In this document: in pieces, positions 27,099-40,219 of the stretch | How positions within the stretch are numbered: the first letter of the stretch is position 1 | Layout: each line of letters starts with the position of its first letter | Translations under genes and position numbers: made by a program | Assembly (NCBI GenBank): GCA_951406725.2 | Contig: OX597825.1 | Location: 47,120,001 to 47,184,000 of the forward strand | Direction of reading: 5' to 3' | DNA from: Octopus vulgaris | Taxonomy: Eukaryota | Length of the DNA: 64,000 nucleotides | Notes under the pieces: generated by a model | Databases searched by the model: none | What the model saw: only the letters and a program-made list of their open reading frames with translations | What the model was told of the DNA's origin: nothing

Positions 27099-30000
27099 AT
27101 GCTTAAATTAGGTTGTGTGAATGCGCGTGGCTTGGCGTCGGCTTGGAAGCAAGGTTACCTTCTAAACGACATCAAGTCACTGAACGTGGATATAGTAGCT
27201 ATCAGTGAAACCAGACTCAGCAAGCCGCGGGCCCTCGCGTCCATGTTTGGCAATCAATTTGACATTTATTTTTCTCCCTGTCTGCCGAACATGGGTGGTG
27301 GAGGTACCGCGGTGATTTTTCGAAAGAGTCTAAATGTAAAAGTAAGAGCAATATTCCTAGACCCGGAGGGTAGGCTGGTTGTCTTGGACGTGAATGGCAG
27401 AAATGGGTGTGCATTCCGTCTGACGGCAGTTTATGCACCGTCCTTAACGGGTCGGGCAGATTTCTTCAGACGTCTAGAGGTTTTCCTGGGTACGTCTAGA
27501 CCTTTACTGTTAGTAGGGGATTGGAACGCTACCTTGGACACGCATCTAGATTATGTGGGAATCGATAGGAATAGAAGGGGGTGTAAGTGCCTCAAAGTCC
27601 TACTCAGACGTTTCTATTTGTCTGACAGGTTCCGACTCGACCATCCGAACGTGCCAACGTGGACTTGGACAAACCGCGTCGGACCCTCGAGATCTTATCT
27701 AGATATAATTCTATGCAGGACAGCGGATAGGGATAGTGTAGGATGTCCACAATTTAAAATAGTCAGCTACACAGATCACAAATTTGTGACGTGTACGCTC
27801 GACTTAGATAAAACACATAGGCAGGGTCCCGGTTACTGGAAACTGAACACGTCGCTCTTAGCGCGACAGGTTTACAGGAACCGGATTAGCGAGTTAATTA
27901 AGAGAGCGCTGACGGGAGCCGTCGTTAACAACCGCTGGTGGTACGCCCTGAAAATGGCAATAAAATCGGAATCAATTAGGTTTAGCAAGGAATTAGCGAT
28001 AGATCGAAATAGAGTAGAGGGAGACTTGGTTAAGAAACTAGAAGAGGCACTTACCACTGGCAGCGCAACCAACGTGCTGGCTGCGAGGATGGCTCTCGAC
28101 CAACACCTCAACGCCAAGCACGAAGGTTGCGTCGTCAGAGCTAAAATGCGTGCCTTAAGGAACGAAGGGATCGAAGCTGCGCGAGAGGCCCGGGTAGCGG
28201 AGGCGCAGCGTGGCAACAGAGCCACCATTCGGTCTCTAATAGATCAACAGGGATGCAGTTTACTCGAACCCGAAAGGATGTGTGAGGCCTTTCAACAGCA
28301 TTTTGCTCGACTGTTTGGTGCGAGTGGTGGGTCGGAACGCGGGATGGGTTTCAGTGCCTACCTGACCGACCTGTCGTGGCTCTCGGCAAGAGAAGCGGAG
28401 TGTTGTGAAAGTCCCATCACAGCCGCTGACGTGCGGGATGCGATGGCGGGCTGCGCGAGGGATAAGTCGCCTGGATTGGATGGTTTACTCTACGAGCTGT
28501 ATTGTCAAATGTCAGACTTGTTTGGCGACCTCTTGGCATCAGTCTACTGCAACTGGCAAGAAAACGGGAGAATCCCCGGTTTCGTGAGCCGAGGTGCAGT
28601 GAGGTTGCTGAAGAAAGACCCAAACAAAGGGAATTTTATAAATAATTTCAGGCCCATCACTCTGCTCAACGCAGATTTGAAAATTTTGGCCAAGGTAATA
28701 GCCGAGAGGTTGGCGCTTGTCATTGGTAAACTGGTCGACAGGGCGCAAACATGCGCCGTGCCGGGCAGAACCACACATGACAACCTCCATTTGATGCGCT
28801 ACATTGTGGACAGGGTAGTTAAGGATCCTGGCATGGGTGGGGCGCTGATAAATTTGGAGCAGTCTAAAGCCTTCGATAGGGTCGACCATTGGTACTTGGC
28901 GGCCGTCCTCAGGGCGGCTGGCTTCGGTCCCGTCTTCCGCGGCTGGATCGCTGCCTTGTATAGCCGCATCCGATCGGTGATTCGGGTGAACGGTCACCTG
29001 TCAAAACCGTTTGACATCACGCGTTCGGTCCGTCAGGGGTGTCCCCTGTCGGCGCTTCTGTATGTATTGATTCTCGAGCCACTAATGCGGAAGCTGGCGA
29101 CACTGAGGGGCATCCCACGGGAACTGGGTTGCAGGACGAGCGTGTCGGCATATGCGGACGATGTCACCGTCATAGTGTCGAGCGACAAACACATCCAGAT
29201 GATAGGCGAGACACTAAGAAAATACGAAACGGTGACGGCAGCAAAGATTAACCCGGAAAAGTCAGTGGGTTTGCTACTCGGCACCTGGAGAAGCAAGCCC
29301 ATGCCGTCCGACTGCGGCTTAGTAGTGGGATGCTGGACGGACGGACCGGTTAAATTGCTCGGGGTCTGGTTCAGTCCGGACCTCCAAATGGATAAGAACT
29401 GGGACGATATCACGAGTAGAGTGGTCGCTCTCAGCCAAACATGGGCCGAGAGAAAGCTGACTCTTAAAGGCCGGGCGGAGGTGGCGAACGCGTACATCGC
29501 ATCCGTCATCGATTACCGCCTGACCGTCGTACCTTGTCCCGACGCCACCATCACCAAACTTGAACGCATACTCTTCCGCTTCCTGTGGAAGGGTGGCGTT
29601 CCGATGGTGAGGAAGTCCATTTGCTGTCAACATCCGTTGAATGGAGGACTGGGCATGCCGTGGTTGATGATGCGCAGGCATGCGCTGAGACTGCGACATC
29701 TCTGGAACTTCATCGACGACGGTGAACAGGTGTGGGCCCCGTTTGTGAGGCGCGCCTTCCTGCAGCTCGTCTCACTGACCGAACTGCAAACGTGGATCAA
29801 GAAGACACCGAAACTGGGCGATTGGCACCGAGAGTGTCGCCAAGCTCTACAGCAGCTCTGCCGACCGGGGTCAAACTTGTGCAACTTACAAAGAACTAAA
29901 GCGTTCTATAGAGGACTAGTGGAGGGGAGGTCCGACGACACACTCGGGGCAAACCTGGGCGTCGACGAGAAATTCCTAACCCACCTGTTCAGGACGACGC

Positions 30001-30536
30001 TCGGGCCGGGGCCTATGGATAACTTCCAGAAATCCCTGGCTTGCCAGTGCTATCGAGACGCACTACCTGTTCGAGAGAAGAGCTACAGACACGGTTCGAA
30101 AACCATCACTGGACCGACCTGCCCGAGATGCGGTCAGGGCGACGAAACCATTCTGCACGCATTCGTGCAGTGTCCAGATATTTCAGAGCTGTGGACCTTC
30201 GTCGAACAGCTGTTGTCACGTGTAGGTCGGGCCCGCCTATCGGCCGAGTCTATCGTGGATATTGTTCCACCACCTTCCTTTAAACGGGAAGGGAAAACGG
30301 TTTTCGTTACGCTGATGGCTATGGCGAAAGAATGTGTGTGGTGGACGCGTTTGAAAGGACTGCAAACAAACACCCTCTCTGGTCAGTCTCTCGTCAACTT
30401 TTTCAAGTACCACTTGAAAAGGAGGATGAGAATAGAGAGGAAGGCTTTGTCGAACGAATGTTTTAATAAAAAGTGGGTAAAAGTGGCAAAAATGGTCAGT
30501 ATGAAAGACGACACTATTTTAAGCATAAATCTGTAA
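27099..30536 (+). CDS. Tx1 ORF2: APE endonuclease, reverse transcriptase and C-terminal Cys/His domain (1145 aa)
   Basis: APE motifs NARGL, SETR, GDWNA, TDH; RT motifs FRPITLLN, LEQSKAFD, RQGCPLS, YADD; CPRC...H....C. Confidence 0.95.
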   Translation: MLKLGCVNARGLASAWKQGYLLNDIKSLNVDIVAISETRLSKPRALASMFGNQFDIYFSPCLPNMGGGGTAVIFRKSLNVKVRAIFLDPEGRLVVLDVNGRNGCAFRLTAVYAPSLTGRADFFRRLEVFLGTSRPLLLVGDWNATLDTHLDYVGIDRNRRGCKCLKVLLRRFYLSDRFRLDHPNVPTWTWTNRVGPSRSYLDIILCRTADRDSVGCPQFKIVSYTDHKFVTCTLDLDKTHRQGPGYWKLNTSLLARQVYRNRISELIKRALTGAVVNNRWWYALKMAIKSESIRFSKELAIDRNRVEGDLVKKLEEALTTGSATNVLAARMALDQHLNAKHEGCVVRAKMRALRNEGIEAAREARVAEAQRGNRATIRSLIDQQGCSLLEPERMCEAFQQHFARLFGASGGSERGMGFSAYLTDLSWLSAREAECCESPITAADVRDAMAGCARDKSPGLDGLLYELYCQMSDLFGDLLASVYCNWQENGRIPGFVSRGAVRLLKKDPNKGNFINNFRPITLLNADLKILAKVIAERLALVIGKLVDRAQTCAVPGRTTHDNLHLMRYIVDRVVKDPGMGGALINLEQSKAFDRVDHWYLAAVLRAAGFGPVFRGWIAALYSRIRSVIRVNGHLSKPFDITRSVRQGCPLSALLYVLILEPLMRKLATLRGIPRELGCRTSVSAYADDVTVIVSSDKHIQMIGETLRKYETVTAAKINPEKSVGLLLGTWRSKPMPSDCGLVVGCWTDGPVKLLGVWFSPDLQMDKNWDDITSRVVALSQTWAERKLTLKGRAEVANAYIASVIDYRLTVVPCPDATITKLERILFRFLWKGGVPMVRKSICCQHPLNGGLGMPWLMMRRHALRLRHLWNFIDDGEQVWAPFVRRAFLQLVSLTELQTWIKKTPKLGDWHRECRQALQQLCRPGSNLCNLQRTKAFYRGLVEGRSDDTLGANLGVDEKFLTHLFRTTLGPGPMDNFQKSLACQCYRDALPVREKSYRHGSKTITGPTCPRCGQGDETILHAFVQCPDISELWTFVEQLLSRVGRARLSAESIVDIVPPPSFKREGKTVFVTLMAMAKECVWWTRLKGLQTNTLSGQSLVNFFKYHLKRRMRIERKALSNECFNKKWVKVAKMVSMKDDTILSINL

Positions 30537-30830
30537 CCAAAAGAGACAACGAGAAGTAAGGCGACTTACTCATGTGTTCTTTTTCGAACTGTCTGAGGTG
30601 ACCTTGGTCTTTTTTGTAGGTTTTTCTTTCCAAGGCTACACCCAAACTGTGAACCTTACATATATATATATTGCATTTTTATACACCACACAACCCACAG
30701 ATTCCTATTGATCAAACGGTTTTTGTTTGTTTTTTTTGTGCCCCACCCATCCCACCTCGAAAAGAAAAAATTCTACATTGTATTTCGTCCATTTTTATTG
30801 TGTTTAGCCCTGTGTGGCTACAATAAAAAG

Positions 30831-30902
<72 letters not shown>

Positions 30903-31169
30903 ATATCTATCTATCTATTTATCTATTTATCTATCTATCTATCTCCACTGTCCTTGAACATCACCCCCAAAATACAAAAGAAACACAAAAACAATGTTCT
31001 CTTCTTCTAAACAAAACAAAAAAAGCACTTTTACATAAATAAACAACCTGTTTGTACATTAACAAAAAATCTTATTTGACAAGTTCGAAAAACGAACGAA
31101 AGAGCTAATAATAATGACTAAATAAAAAAATTCATTTTCCAAAATTCTGACGACATCCTCTTTTCTCAA

Positions 31170-31297
<128 letters not shown>

Positions 31298-32141
31298 TAT
31301 GCATATATATATCCACGACGGATTCTTTCAGCTTCCGTCTACTAAATCTACTCACAAAGTTTAAGTCGTCCCGTTGCCCAAGGTGGCATGTAGTGTGACT
31401 GAACCCAGAACCATGTGGTTGGTTATATATAGCCACGCCTATATATATGTGTGTGTGTGTATGTGTGTTTGTGTGCTTGTGTGTGTGTGTGCTAGTGTGT
31501 GTGTTTGTGTGTGTATGTTTGTGTGTGTATGTGTGTGTGTGTGTGTGTGTGTAAAAAGTTTTAATTACATTCGTCCTTTAATTTAATGGAATTAATTAAA
31601 TTAATAAGATTCAGTTAAATTAATTGTCTATCACTGTACTGTTCAGTGCAAGAAGTATAAACAAAATTTTTACAAAGGACTTAAGAAAGGAAAAAGCAGA
31701 ATAGGATCAAGGAGATTCATATTTATCCTTATGAGAAAGAATGTGAGCCCAGTGTGGCTTGTTGTGGCTATGAAGATGGAGAAAGAGTGCTCAGGGATTT
31801 ATTATTCGATATAGGAGTACGGATAAATAACAATGTAGAGTTAAAAGATTTGAATTTGTATGTAAGTATGTTTAAGTATAAATAAAAATATGAGGTAAGG
31901 ATCTAGCTTGAGGGATATATATAGGTATTAGGCTTGTATTAATATTCCAGCAAGTTTAGGGGTGCACATAAGTATACAAAAAATACACAATGTCCTATAA
32001 AAACGTATTAGGAAAAGATGGTTAGTATATTTACTTATGCAGGAGTAGAGGAATATCACACAGGTATCTGCATATCTGCACATAGGAATTCCAGTTGTTT
32101 TTTTATTAGGGAATACATAAAGGAAGGAACACCGCATATAC

Positions 32142-32372
32142 TCATACCTATTTCTTTACTACCCACAAGGGGCTAAACACAGAGGGGACAAACAAGGTCA
32201 GACAAACGAATTAAGTCGATTATATCGACTCCAGTGCGTAACAGGTACTTATTTAATCGACCCCAAAAGGATGAAAGGCAAAGTCGACCTCGGCGGAATT
32301 TGAACTCAGAACATAACAGCAGACGAAATACGGCTACGCATTTCGGCCGGTGTACTAACGTTTCTGCCACAC
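32142..32372 (-). mobile_element. SINE
   Basis: B-box-like gagttcaaattcc on the minus strand; related fragments at ~18770-18930 and ~49720-49870. Confidence 0.7.
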
Positions 32373-32417
32373 GCATATATATATATGTATTAAAGTGCAG
32401 ACACATATAAAAATAGT

Positions 32418-32448
<31 letters not shown>

Positions 32449-32574
32449 ATTGTATAGAGGGCATTATTACACATAAATGCCTCACACTAAGAGGGATATA
32501 AGTCATTACTACCAAAATTTCACTAATCGTACCTAATGCAGTTTTCAAAGCAGGACATTTAAAAAATGAATTTA

Positions 32575-32637
32575 GTACTATATCACCTGTGATTTCACAC
32601 TTAATGCATCAAATACGTCTATGTTCATCAGTAGAAC
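32575..32637 (-). ncRNA. Type I hammerhead ribozyme motif
   Basis: Minus strand: gttcta-CTGATGA-acat...gtgt-GAAA-tcac-ag-gtga-TA-tagtac; full core and AUA triplet. Confidence 0.75.
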
Positions 32638-35600
32638 TGATTCTGAACACATCATAAATAAACGATCAATATACCTGGCGAAGTCGAACAGACATCTGCT
32701 CTCTCCGGCGTATGCGTATGCGAAACACCCGTATGTGCTCACACGTTCATATTGAAGAATACACGTTAGTGGCAATATATAGTGAGTAAACACATAATAA
32801 TAATAGATATGCACACAGGGATGATTGACATATAAGATCTAAATCTAGATATGCACACATGATTGTAGACATGGAGGACACCAAGATGTACTGTATATGT
32901 ATGCATATGTCAGCAGTAAAATATATTTAATTATCAGGTAGAATGACAAGTAACATAAAACAGTATTAGTTAGAGTGCGTATGTTGAAGGGATGTAAAAG
33001 GACATATTATCCAAATAAAATAAAATAAAATATATATATAGGTATATTATAGACTAAGGAAAGATATTATTTAAAAAAAACCCAGACATATTAAGAGAGA
33101 AGGAGGTGTGGGGAGAAGTAGATAAAGTCTTAGCTTAATATAATGTGGGTCATGCAATTGTTAGATGGAAAAGTAAGATAAATAAGAAATATGTATTAAG
33201 ATAGTGTAAGATATAGTGATGTAAAGTCGATGTGGTGAGTAATAGAATTCCATAGAGAAAGATAATATATAGAAATATTTTAAAAAACAGCATAAACAAA
33301 TCTAAGCAAGTGAGTCCAGTTAGGTTTTAAAGGAATTTGGTCATGTGTTTACATGAGCAAAATACTTTCATCCCTAGTGTTAATTATATTTCCATTCATT
33401 CATATTATGCTATAACTTTCTTCTAAATCTAACCTAAAATTTTATTATCATATCTATAAGAGTTTGCAGAACATAGGATTTTCCAAGAAATTGAGAAATC
33501 AGTATTGTTTCTTTTGAGGTACCAAATGCTTTTTGGATAGACCTGTGCTATTCTCTTGTCTAGGGTCCCCAAAAGAAGATTTATCGTTATTAATTCTCGA
33601 TTTAAGAGAATATTTCGTGCAACCACTGTACATATGTATAGAGGAGTCCTGAGTAATAATAGTTGCAGGGATTTGTGTCTCTACAATTTCAACTTAAATT
33701 ATTGGGTGGTACTATGGTGTTATGTCTATGTTTATTAGGTATAATGAAATTCTGGTCATTATCATAATAGTAGTTGTTAAATATAGGATTAATGGAGGTA
33801 CCAGGTAGATTTAACGAAGTTTTTTTTTTATATTATAGAATAGATCAAGTTTCTTATTGTTAAACGAAGAGACAATCCTAAAGAGATTAGGAGAGACTGA
33901 AAATCCAAATCTAATTTTGTTATCAAATATTTTTTGCATATTTAGAGTTTTCAAAGTTTTTATTAATTTTCATTCTATTGGATTTAATAAAGTTAGATTT
34001 TTAGATATTTGGCAAAAGGTATTATGATCCAAGTAATGTTCTTGCTATTTTCTTACGAAATAAGGCACTTATCTGTGAACTTCCTAGACTTTAACTTCAA
34101 TCTTAATTCTTCCTCCTTATCATAAACCTAACAACCTAACAATATCATAAACCTTATCATAAACCTAACAACAGTATCACATACATAAACGCTCAAAGTA
34201 ATTATCCTTATAATATTATAGAAATCCTGACCACTAACATAGAGAGAAGAATTAATTTATTATCATCTAATGAAGAAATATTTAACAAACATAAAGACTA
34301 TTATAACATAGCACTTAAGAAGGCAGAATATAAATATGAAATTGAGTGCAATAAAAACGACAGCATCAATACTAATATCAAACTTTATATTGAAATGAAT
34401 AACGTAGATAATACTTGAGAACCTAAGTCACCCAATGAATTAGTACACCCAAATAAACATATAAAAAACTTTCAATGATAGTCATCTACATAACTTTAGC
34501 AAAAGACACAGAAATCACAACTACAATAAACATGTTAATAAACTTATACAATACGAACACCATAACCATAACTTTACTAAAAAAAAAATAATATAGATTT
34601 TAGCAATTCCCACCTTACTAACTACGCAATTACTAATATTAATAAACCCAAGAATACTGACAACAAACACCAAAACCTCTTAATTATAGATAGAGATAGG
34701 AATATTAAACCAATAAACAGAAAAAAATAAAGATAATTTGAACTCACCTAATTCCTTTAATAAAACACATGACCATAGAACTCAAGTTAATATAGATGTG
34801 AACAGAATAGCGAAAAAGAAACCAATACCTTGTGTGAGAATAGCTGCCCCACCCCTCAAAACGCAACCCATCAGCCCACTAGCAATAACACTACTTGTAT
34901 CATAATACCTTTAGCCAGGCATCTGAAACTTAACTTTATTAGATCCGTTAGAATGATAATTAATAAAGACTTCAAAAACTCTAAATATGCAAAAATATTT
35001 AATAATAAAAAAAAATTGATTTCGATCTTCAGTCTCTCCTAATCTCTTTAGGATTATCTCTTGTTTTAACAATAAGAAACTGGATCAATTCTATAATAAA
35101 AGAAAAAAACTTCGTTGAATCTACCTGGTACCTCCATTAATCCTATGATTAACAACTACTATTATGATAATGACCAGAATTCCATTATCCCTAATTGACA
35201 CAGACCATAGTACCAACCAATAGTTTAAATTGAAATTGTAGAGACACAAATGCCTGTGAAATAGATAGAAATTGTAAAATGAAAGAATTTGTATACCAAG
35301 CAAATATTATGACTCAGGATTCCTCTAAATATATATACATTGGTTGCAAGAAGCATTCTCTTAAATCGAGAATTATTGCCGATAAATCTTCTTATAGCAC
35401 AGGTCTATCTAAAAACATTTGGCACCTCAAAAGAAACATTACCGATTTCTCAATTTCTTGGAAAAACCTATCTTCTGCCACATCTTATAGATATAATAAT
35501 AAAATTTGTAGGTTATGTTTAGAAGAAACCTATAGCATAATGAGAATGAAAGGAAATCTGATTAACACTAGGGATGAAAGTATTTTGCTCATGTAAACAC

Positions 35601-36329
35601 ATGACCAAATTCCTTTTTATCAATCTTAAATAATTCTTAAATATTTAAGAAAAATATTTCTATATATTATCTTTCTCTATGGAATACGATTACTCATCAC
35701 ATCCACTTTACATCACTATATCTTAAACTAACTTGATATATTTTTCGCAGTTATCTAACTTTTCCTTCTAACAATTGCATGACTCACCAAATATTACGCT
35801 AACACTTTATCTACAACTCCCTACACCTCCTCTTCTCTTAATACATCTGCTTTTTTAAAAATATCTTTCCTTTGTGCATAATATACCTATATCCGTTTTG
35901 TATTTTATTTTATTTTATTTGCATATGTGTCCTTTTACACCCCTCAGCGTACCCACTTTAACTATTACTGTTTTATGTTACTTGTCATTCTATCTGATAA
36001 TTAAATATATTTTACTACTGATATATGCAAACATATATAGTACATCTTGGTGTCCCACATGTCTACAACCATGTGTGTATATCTAGAGATGGATTTCATG
36101 TGTCGTCTCTGCGTGCATATCTATTATTATTATTATGTGCTTATTCACTTTATATTGCCACTAACGTGTATTTTTTTATATAAACGTGTGCCCATATACG
36201 TATGTTTCGTATACACACACATATACGTATACTACTTTTATATGTGTCTGCACTTATATATATATATATATATATATGCATGTACGTATGTATGTATGTA
36301 TTTATGTGTGTATATGTTTGTGTGTCTGT

Positions 36330-36500
36330 GTTTGTTCCCCCAACATCGCTTGACAACATATGCTGGTGTGTTTACATCCCCGTAACTTAGGGGTTCGGCA
36401 AAAGAGACCGATAGAATAAGTACTAGGCTTTCAAAGATTTGCTCGACTAAAGGCGGTGCTCCAGCATGGCCCCAGTCAAATGACTGAATCAAGTAAAAGA
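36330..36500 (+). mobile_element. SINE 3' portion
   Basis: gtgtttacatccccgtaacttag...ggcggtgctccagcatggcc is shared with ~47310, ~56300-56490 and ~63570-63740. Confidence 0.75.
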
Positions 36501-36517
36501 GTATATATATATGCTCA

Positions 36518-36569
<52 letters not shown>

Positions 36570-36837
36570 AGCCATTTCTTTCTCTCTCTTTGCACTGATA
36601 TGAGTATACATTCCTTTCTTTGTGTATTCGTTAATCAAAAACAAGAATTTCTATACCTATCTATATTAATAAGATATTCATCTACTCCTGCATAAGTAAA
36701 TATACTAACCGTCTTTTCCTAATAAGTTTTTATGGAACATTGTGTATTTTTTGTATACTTATGTGCACCCCTAAACTCGTAATTTCTCTCATATTCATAA
36801 TACACAATATTCTTCTATTACTGGAATATTAATACAA

Positions 36838-38250
36838 AACTGGGCGTTGTACCTGCAGACTGGAGAACAGCGATAATCTGCCCGATTTTCTAGAAAGGGA
36901 GCCGCGAAGACCCGCTTAACTACCGACCGGTTTCCCTTACTTCAATAATCAGCAAGATGTTCGAAACCATCCTCAAGAAATGTATGTTGCTCCACCTCCA
37001 GAACACAGCCTCTATCTCTGATTCCCAACACGGCTTCGCGCTGAAGAGATCATGCTTGACCAACTTACTGGAAGAATTGGTGACACGTATCCTGGATGAT
37101 GGTGATGCTGTTGACATCGTTTTTGACTCGGTTAACCACCGCCTATTACTTGTCAAGCTTCAAGCATATAGTTTCCATCCGGATATTGTACAATGGGTTG
37201 GCGCTTTCCTCTCAGATTGCTCCTTCCAAGTCCAAGTTAATGGTTTGCTGTCCGACGTCTCCAGCGCGAGCAGTGGCGTGCCTCAAGGTTCAGTGCTTGG
37301 GCCGTTATTGTTTTTAGTCTTCATAAATGACTTGCCCGACGACCTCACGCAACACACCCTTCTATTTGCCGATGATGTCAAACTGGTCGCTCCTCGCAGT
37401 GATATAGCTGATCTTCGCCGATGCCTCCACCAAGTTTGGAGATGGTCTAACGAATGGGACCTGTATCTGAACGTGTCAAAGTGCTGTCATCAGTCTGTTG
37501 GCTCCTCTCCTGCAACTCAACTTGATTTCGAGCCCGGTCGTTTGCTGCTGGAGAGGACCGACCAAGTAAAGTACCTGGGTATCTTAGTGGATTCTTTCTT
37601 TTCGACTTCGGCCCAATGCGTCCATGCTGCCAACAAAGCACGTGGAGTTCTGTTTTTGATTCGACGGTCATTCGGAATGCTCACAGCAGCGGTATTCCAA
37701 CCGCTCTATGTCACGCTGGTGAGACCCATATTGGAGTACGGGATTCAAGCCTCTTCTCCTTATCTCCTCAAAGACATCATCTCGAAAGAGTCCAGCAGCT
37801 GGCTACCCGCATGGTTCTTGGTCTCAAGCATTTGTCTTATGAAGAAAGGCTGAAGACGTTCGACTTTATTCTCTAGAAAAACGACGACGCCGTGCTGATC
37901 TCATTCTCGCTCACAACATCATAAGCGGAAAGTGTAACCTCTCGAAAGAGCTGTTCTTCACTCCTGCTCCAGAGCGTCGGCTGTGGGGTCACTCTGAAAA
38001 GCTCTATCTGCAACGATTTCATCTTAATCGAAGGAGAGAGGTTTTCTCCGTCCGGGTTGCGGATCCATGGAATAAGCTGCCGGACGAGATAGTGAAGATG
38101 CCGACGACCGCTCGGTTCAAAGACTCTCTTGACCAGAAATGGCCTGAACTCTTTGCATGAACACCCTCTCTGTACATAACTCCATGCCCCCCTACATGGC
38201 CTTGCTTTTGCTTTTTGAGCCAAAAAATTAACTTGATCTAACTTAACTTA
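36838..38250 (+). mobile_element. 5'-truncated CR1-like LINE with (CTTAA)-type tail
   Basis: NYRPVSLTS, QHGF, SGVPQGSVLGPLLF, FADDVKL and GHSEKL; it splits the PLE 3' UTR. Confidence 0.9.
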
Positions 38251-38926
38251 ACTAATACCTATATATATCCCTCAAGCTAGATCCTTACCTCATATTTTTA
38301 TCTATACTTAAACATACTTACATACAAATTCAAATCTTTTAACTCTTTTTTTCATTCCCGGCTCATTTATCTCCCCTACATTGTTATTTATCAGTACTCC
38401 TATATCGAATAATAAATCCCTGAGCACTCTTTCTCCATCTTCATAGCCACAACAAGCCACACTGGGCTCACATTCTTTCTCATAAGGATAAATATGAATC
38501 TCCTTGATCCTATTCTGCTTTTTCCTTTCTCAAGTCCTTTGTAAAAATTTTGTTTATACTTCTTGCACTGAACAGTACAGTGATAGACAATCAATTTAAA
38601 TTGAATATAATTAATTTAATTAATCCCATTAAAACATGAATTTGCATCATTTTTATACGGCTGTACGAAACGATCGTCTGCATGAATTAAAATTCTTTTA
38701 TATATTTTAACACCTTTTCTTCTGTATTTTCATAAAAACTGTTGAGTTTTAAGGGATTTCTGTCCATGAATTCACAACACACCATATACAATTATTATTT
38801 TCATATTCGCAATTTTACGCCATTAAGCTACTATCAAAATATGAAGGGCCTCTATTAGAAATGTTTGCTGTGGAAACCTCCGAATTAAAGGACGAATGTA
38901 ATTCAAACTTTACACACACACACACA

Positions 38927-39016
<90 letters not shown>

Positions 39017-39029
39017 GACATGTTTATAA

Positions 39030-39174
39030 GTTAAGTAGCTTGTTTACCAACCACATGGTCTGGGTTCATTCCAGCTACGTGGCACCTTGGGCAAGTGTCC
39101 TCCACTGTATCTTCGGGATGACCAAAGCCTTGTGAGTGGATTTGGTAAACGGAAACTAGAAGAAGCACGTCGTG

Positions 39175-39180
<6 letters not shown>
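39030..39180 (+). mobile_element. tRNA-derived SINE 5' portion
   Basis: gggttcattcc B-box-like sequence and ggcaccttgggcaagtgtc; related to ~31315-31425 and ~54315-54390. Confidence 0.65.
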
Positions 39181-39242
<62 letters not shown>

Positions 39243-40219
39243 TACACGACGTGCGTCTTCTAGTTTGTCCCAGTTTGTATTTTTTATTCATATATATATA
39301 TGAATAAAAAATATAAACTGGGACAAGAACGCAAAACATTTTGATGACGACACAAAAAACACGGACGGGACATTCTTCAGTCAAGAACCGGATCATCCTC
39401 GCGATTTCGGCTGATTAATCTTGAGATTCCTCCAATCTGGCCAGCCCCAAAGAAAAACTAAGCTAAGCGCATTAGATTCCTTGGAAGAAGGCTTCGAATG
39501 TATACAAAACAAGGACAGAAAAACGGACGATGTTACACGAACATGAATTCAAAAATAATACGTAAAAACAACAATAATAATATTAATAACAATAACAGGA
39601 CATCACGAACAGGCGTCTTTCGACTAGGACGAATTAAGCTCAGCTGGCGTGTTAGGGATGTGCCTTGAGGCAGAGAAAAAAATGTTGGTGTTACGCACAC
39701 TTACGTAGTTTTAATATAATTTTTAATATATCAACCGGTTTCGCCATCGATATTCATGATATGTTTTACTTATTTGAATATGTATTTTTCTTAAGAAATT
39801 TTGTCTTCACAAGTAGATAAATAAAAGGAGGTAATTGGTTATCGTTATTATTGTTATTATTGTGGGTAAGGGAGATAACTGTGTAGCTTTCGGTAATGGA
39901 AGGGGAATATATATGTACAGACAAAGACAAGTTTCGAATATCTTGTTTAGTGAGGGGAATTATGTACAGTGATGTAATCGTGAATTGAAATATGTAAACA
40001 GATAGAAGTTGATTATGCGTGCATATTAAGACGTGTTCTGTATTTTTCGATGAAAAAATTTCTTTATTTAAACGAAACGTTCAACAATAACAATAATAAC
40101 GATAACCAATTACATCCCTTTATTTAGGGATATTCTGTTCAATGGAGACAAAAGAGATTTTCTATTTATCTGACTTAAGTGACCATATTCATTTGGATCT
40201 AAATTTTGCTGAATATATA

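Larger units (their letters stand above)
24959..30831 (+). mobile_element. Near full-length Tx1-like (L1 clade) non-LTR retrotransposon inserted in (TATC)n
   Basis: 5' UTR, broken ORF1, open ORF2, and a 3' UTR with AATAAA at 30822; (TATC)n at 24870-24958 and 30832-30945. Confidence 0.93.
31580..34060 (-). mobile_element. PLE 3' region (GIY-YIG end and 3' UTR/pLTR), inverted copy
   Basis: SIWYLKRNNTDFSISWKIL; reverse complement of 34880-36840 plus 38250-38635. Confidence 0.85.
34075..38780 (+). mobile_element. 5'-truncated Penelope-like element (RT thumb, GIY-YIG, long 3' UTR) interrupted by a SINE and a CR1
   Basis: FLDFNFNLN..PYHKPN, RRINLLSSNEEIFNKH, FVYQANIM...YIYIG and CRLCLEE. Confidence 0.85.
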
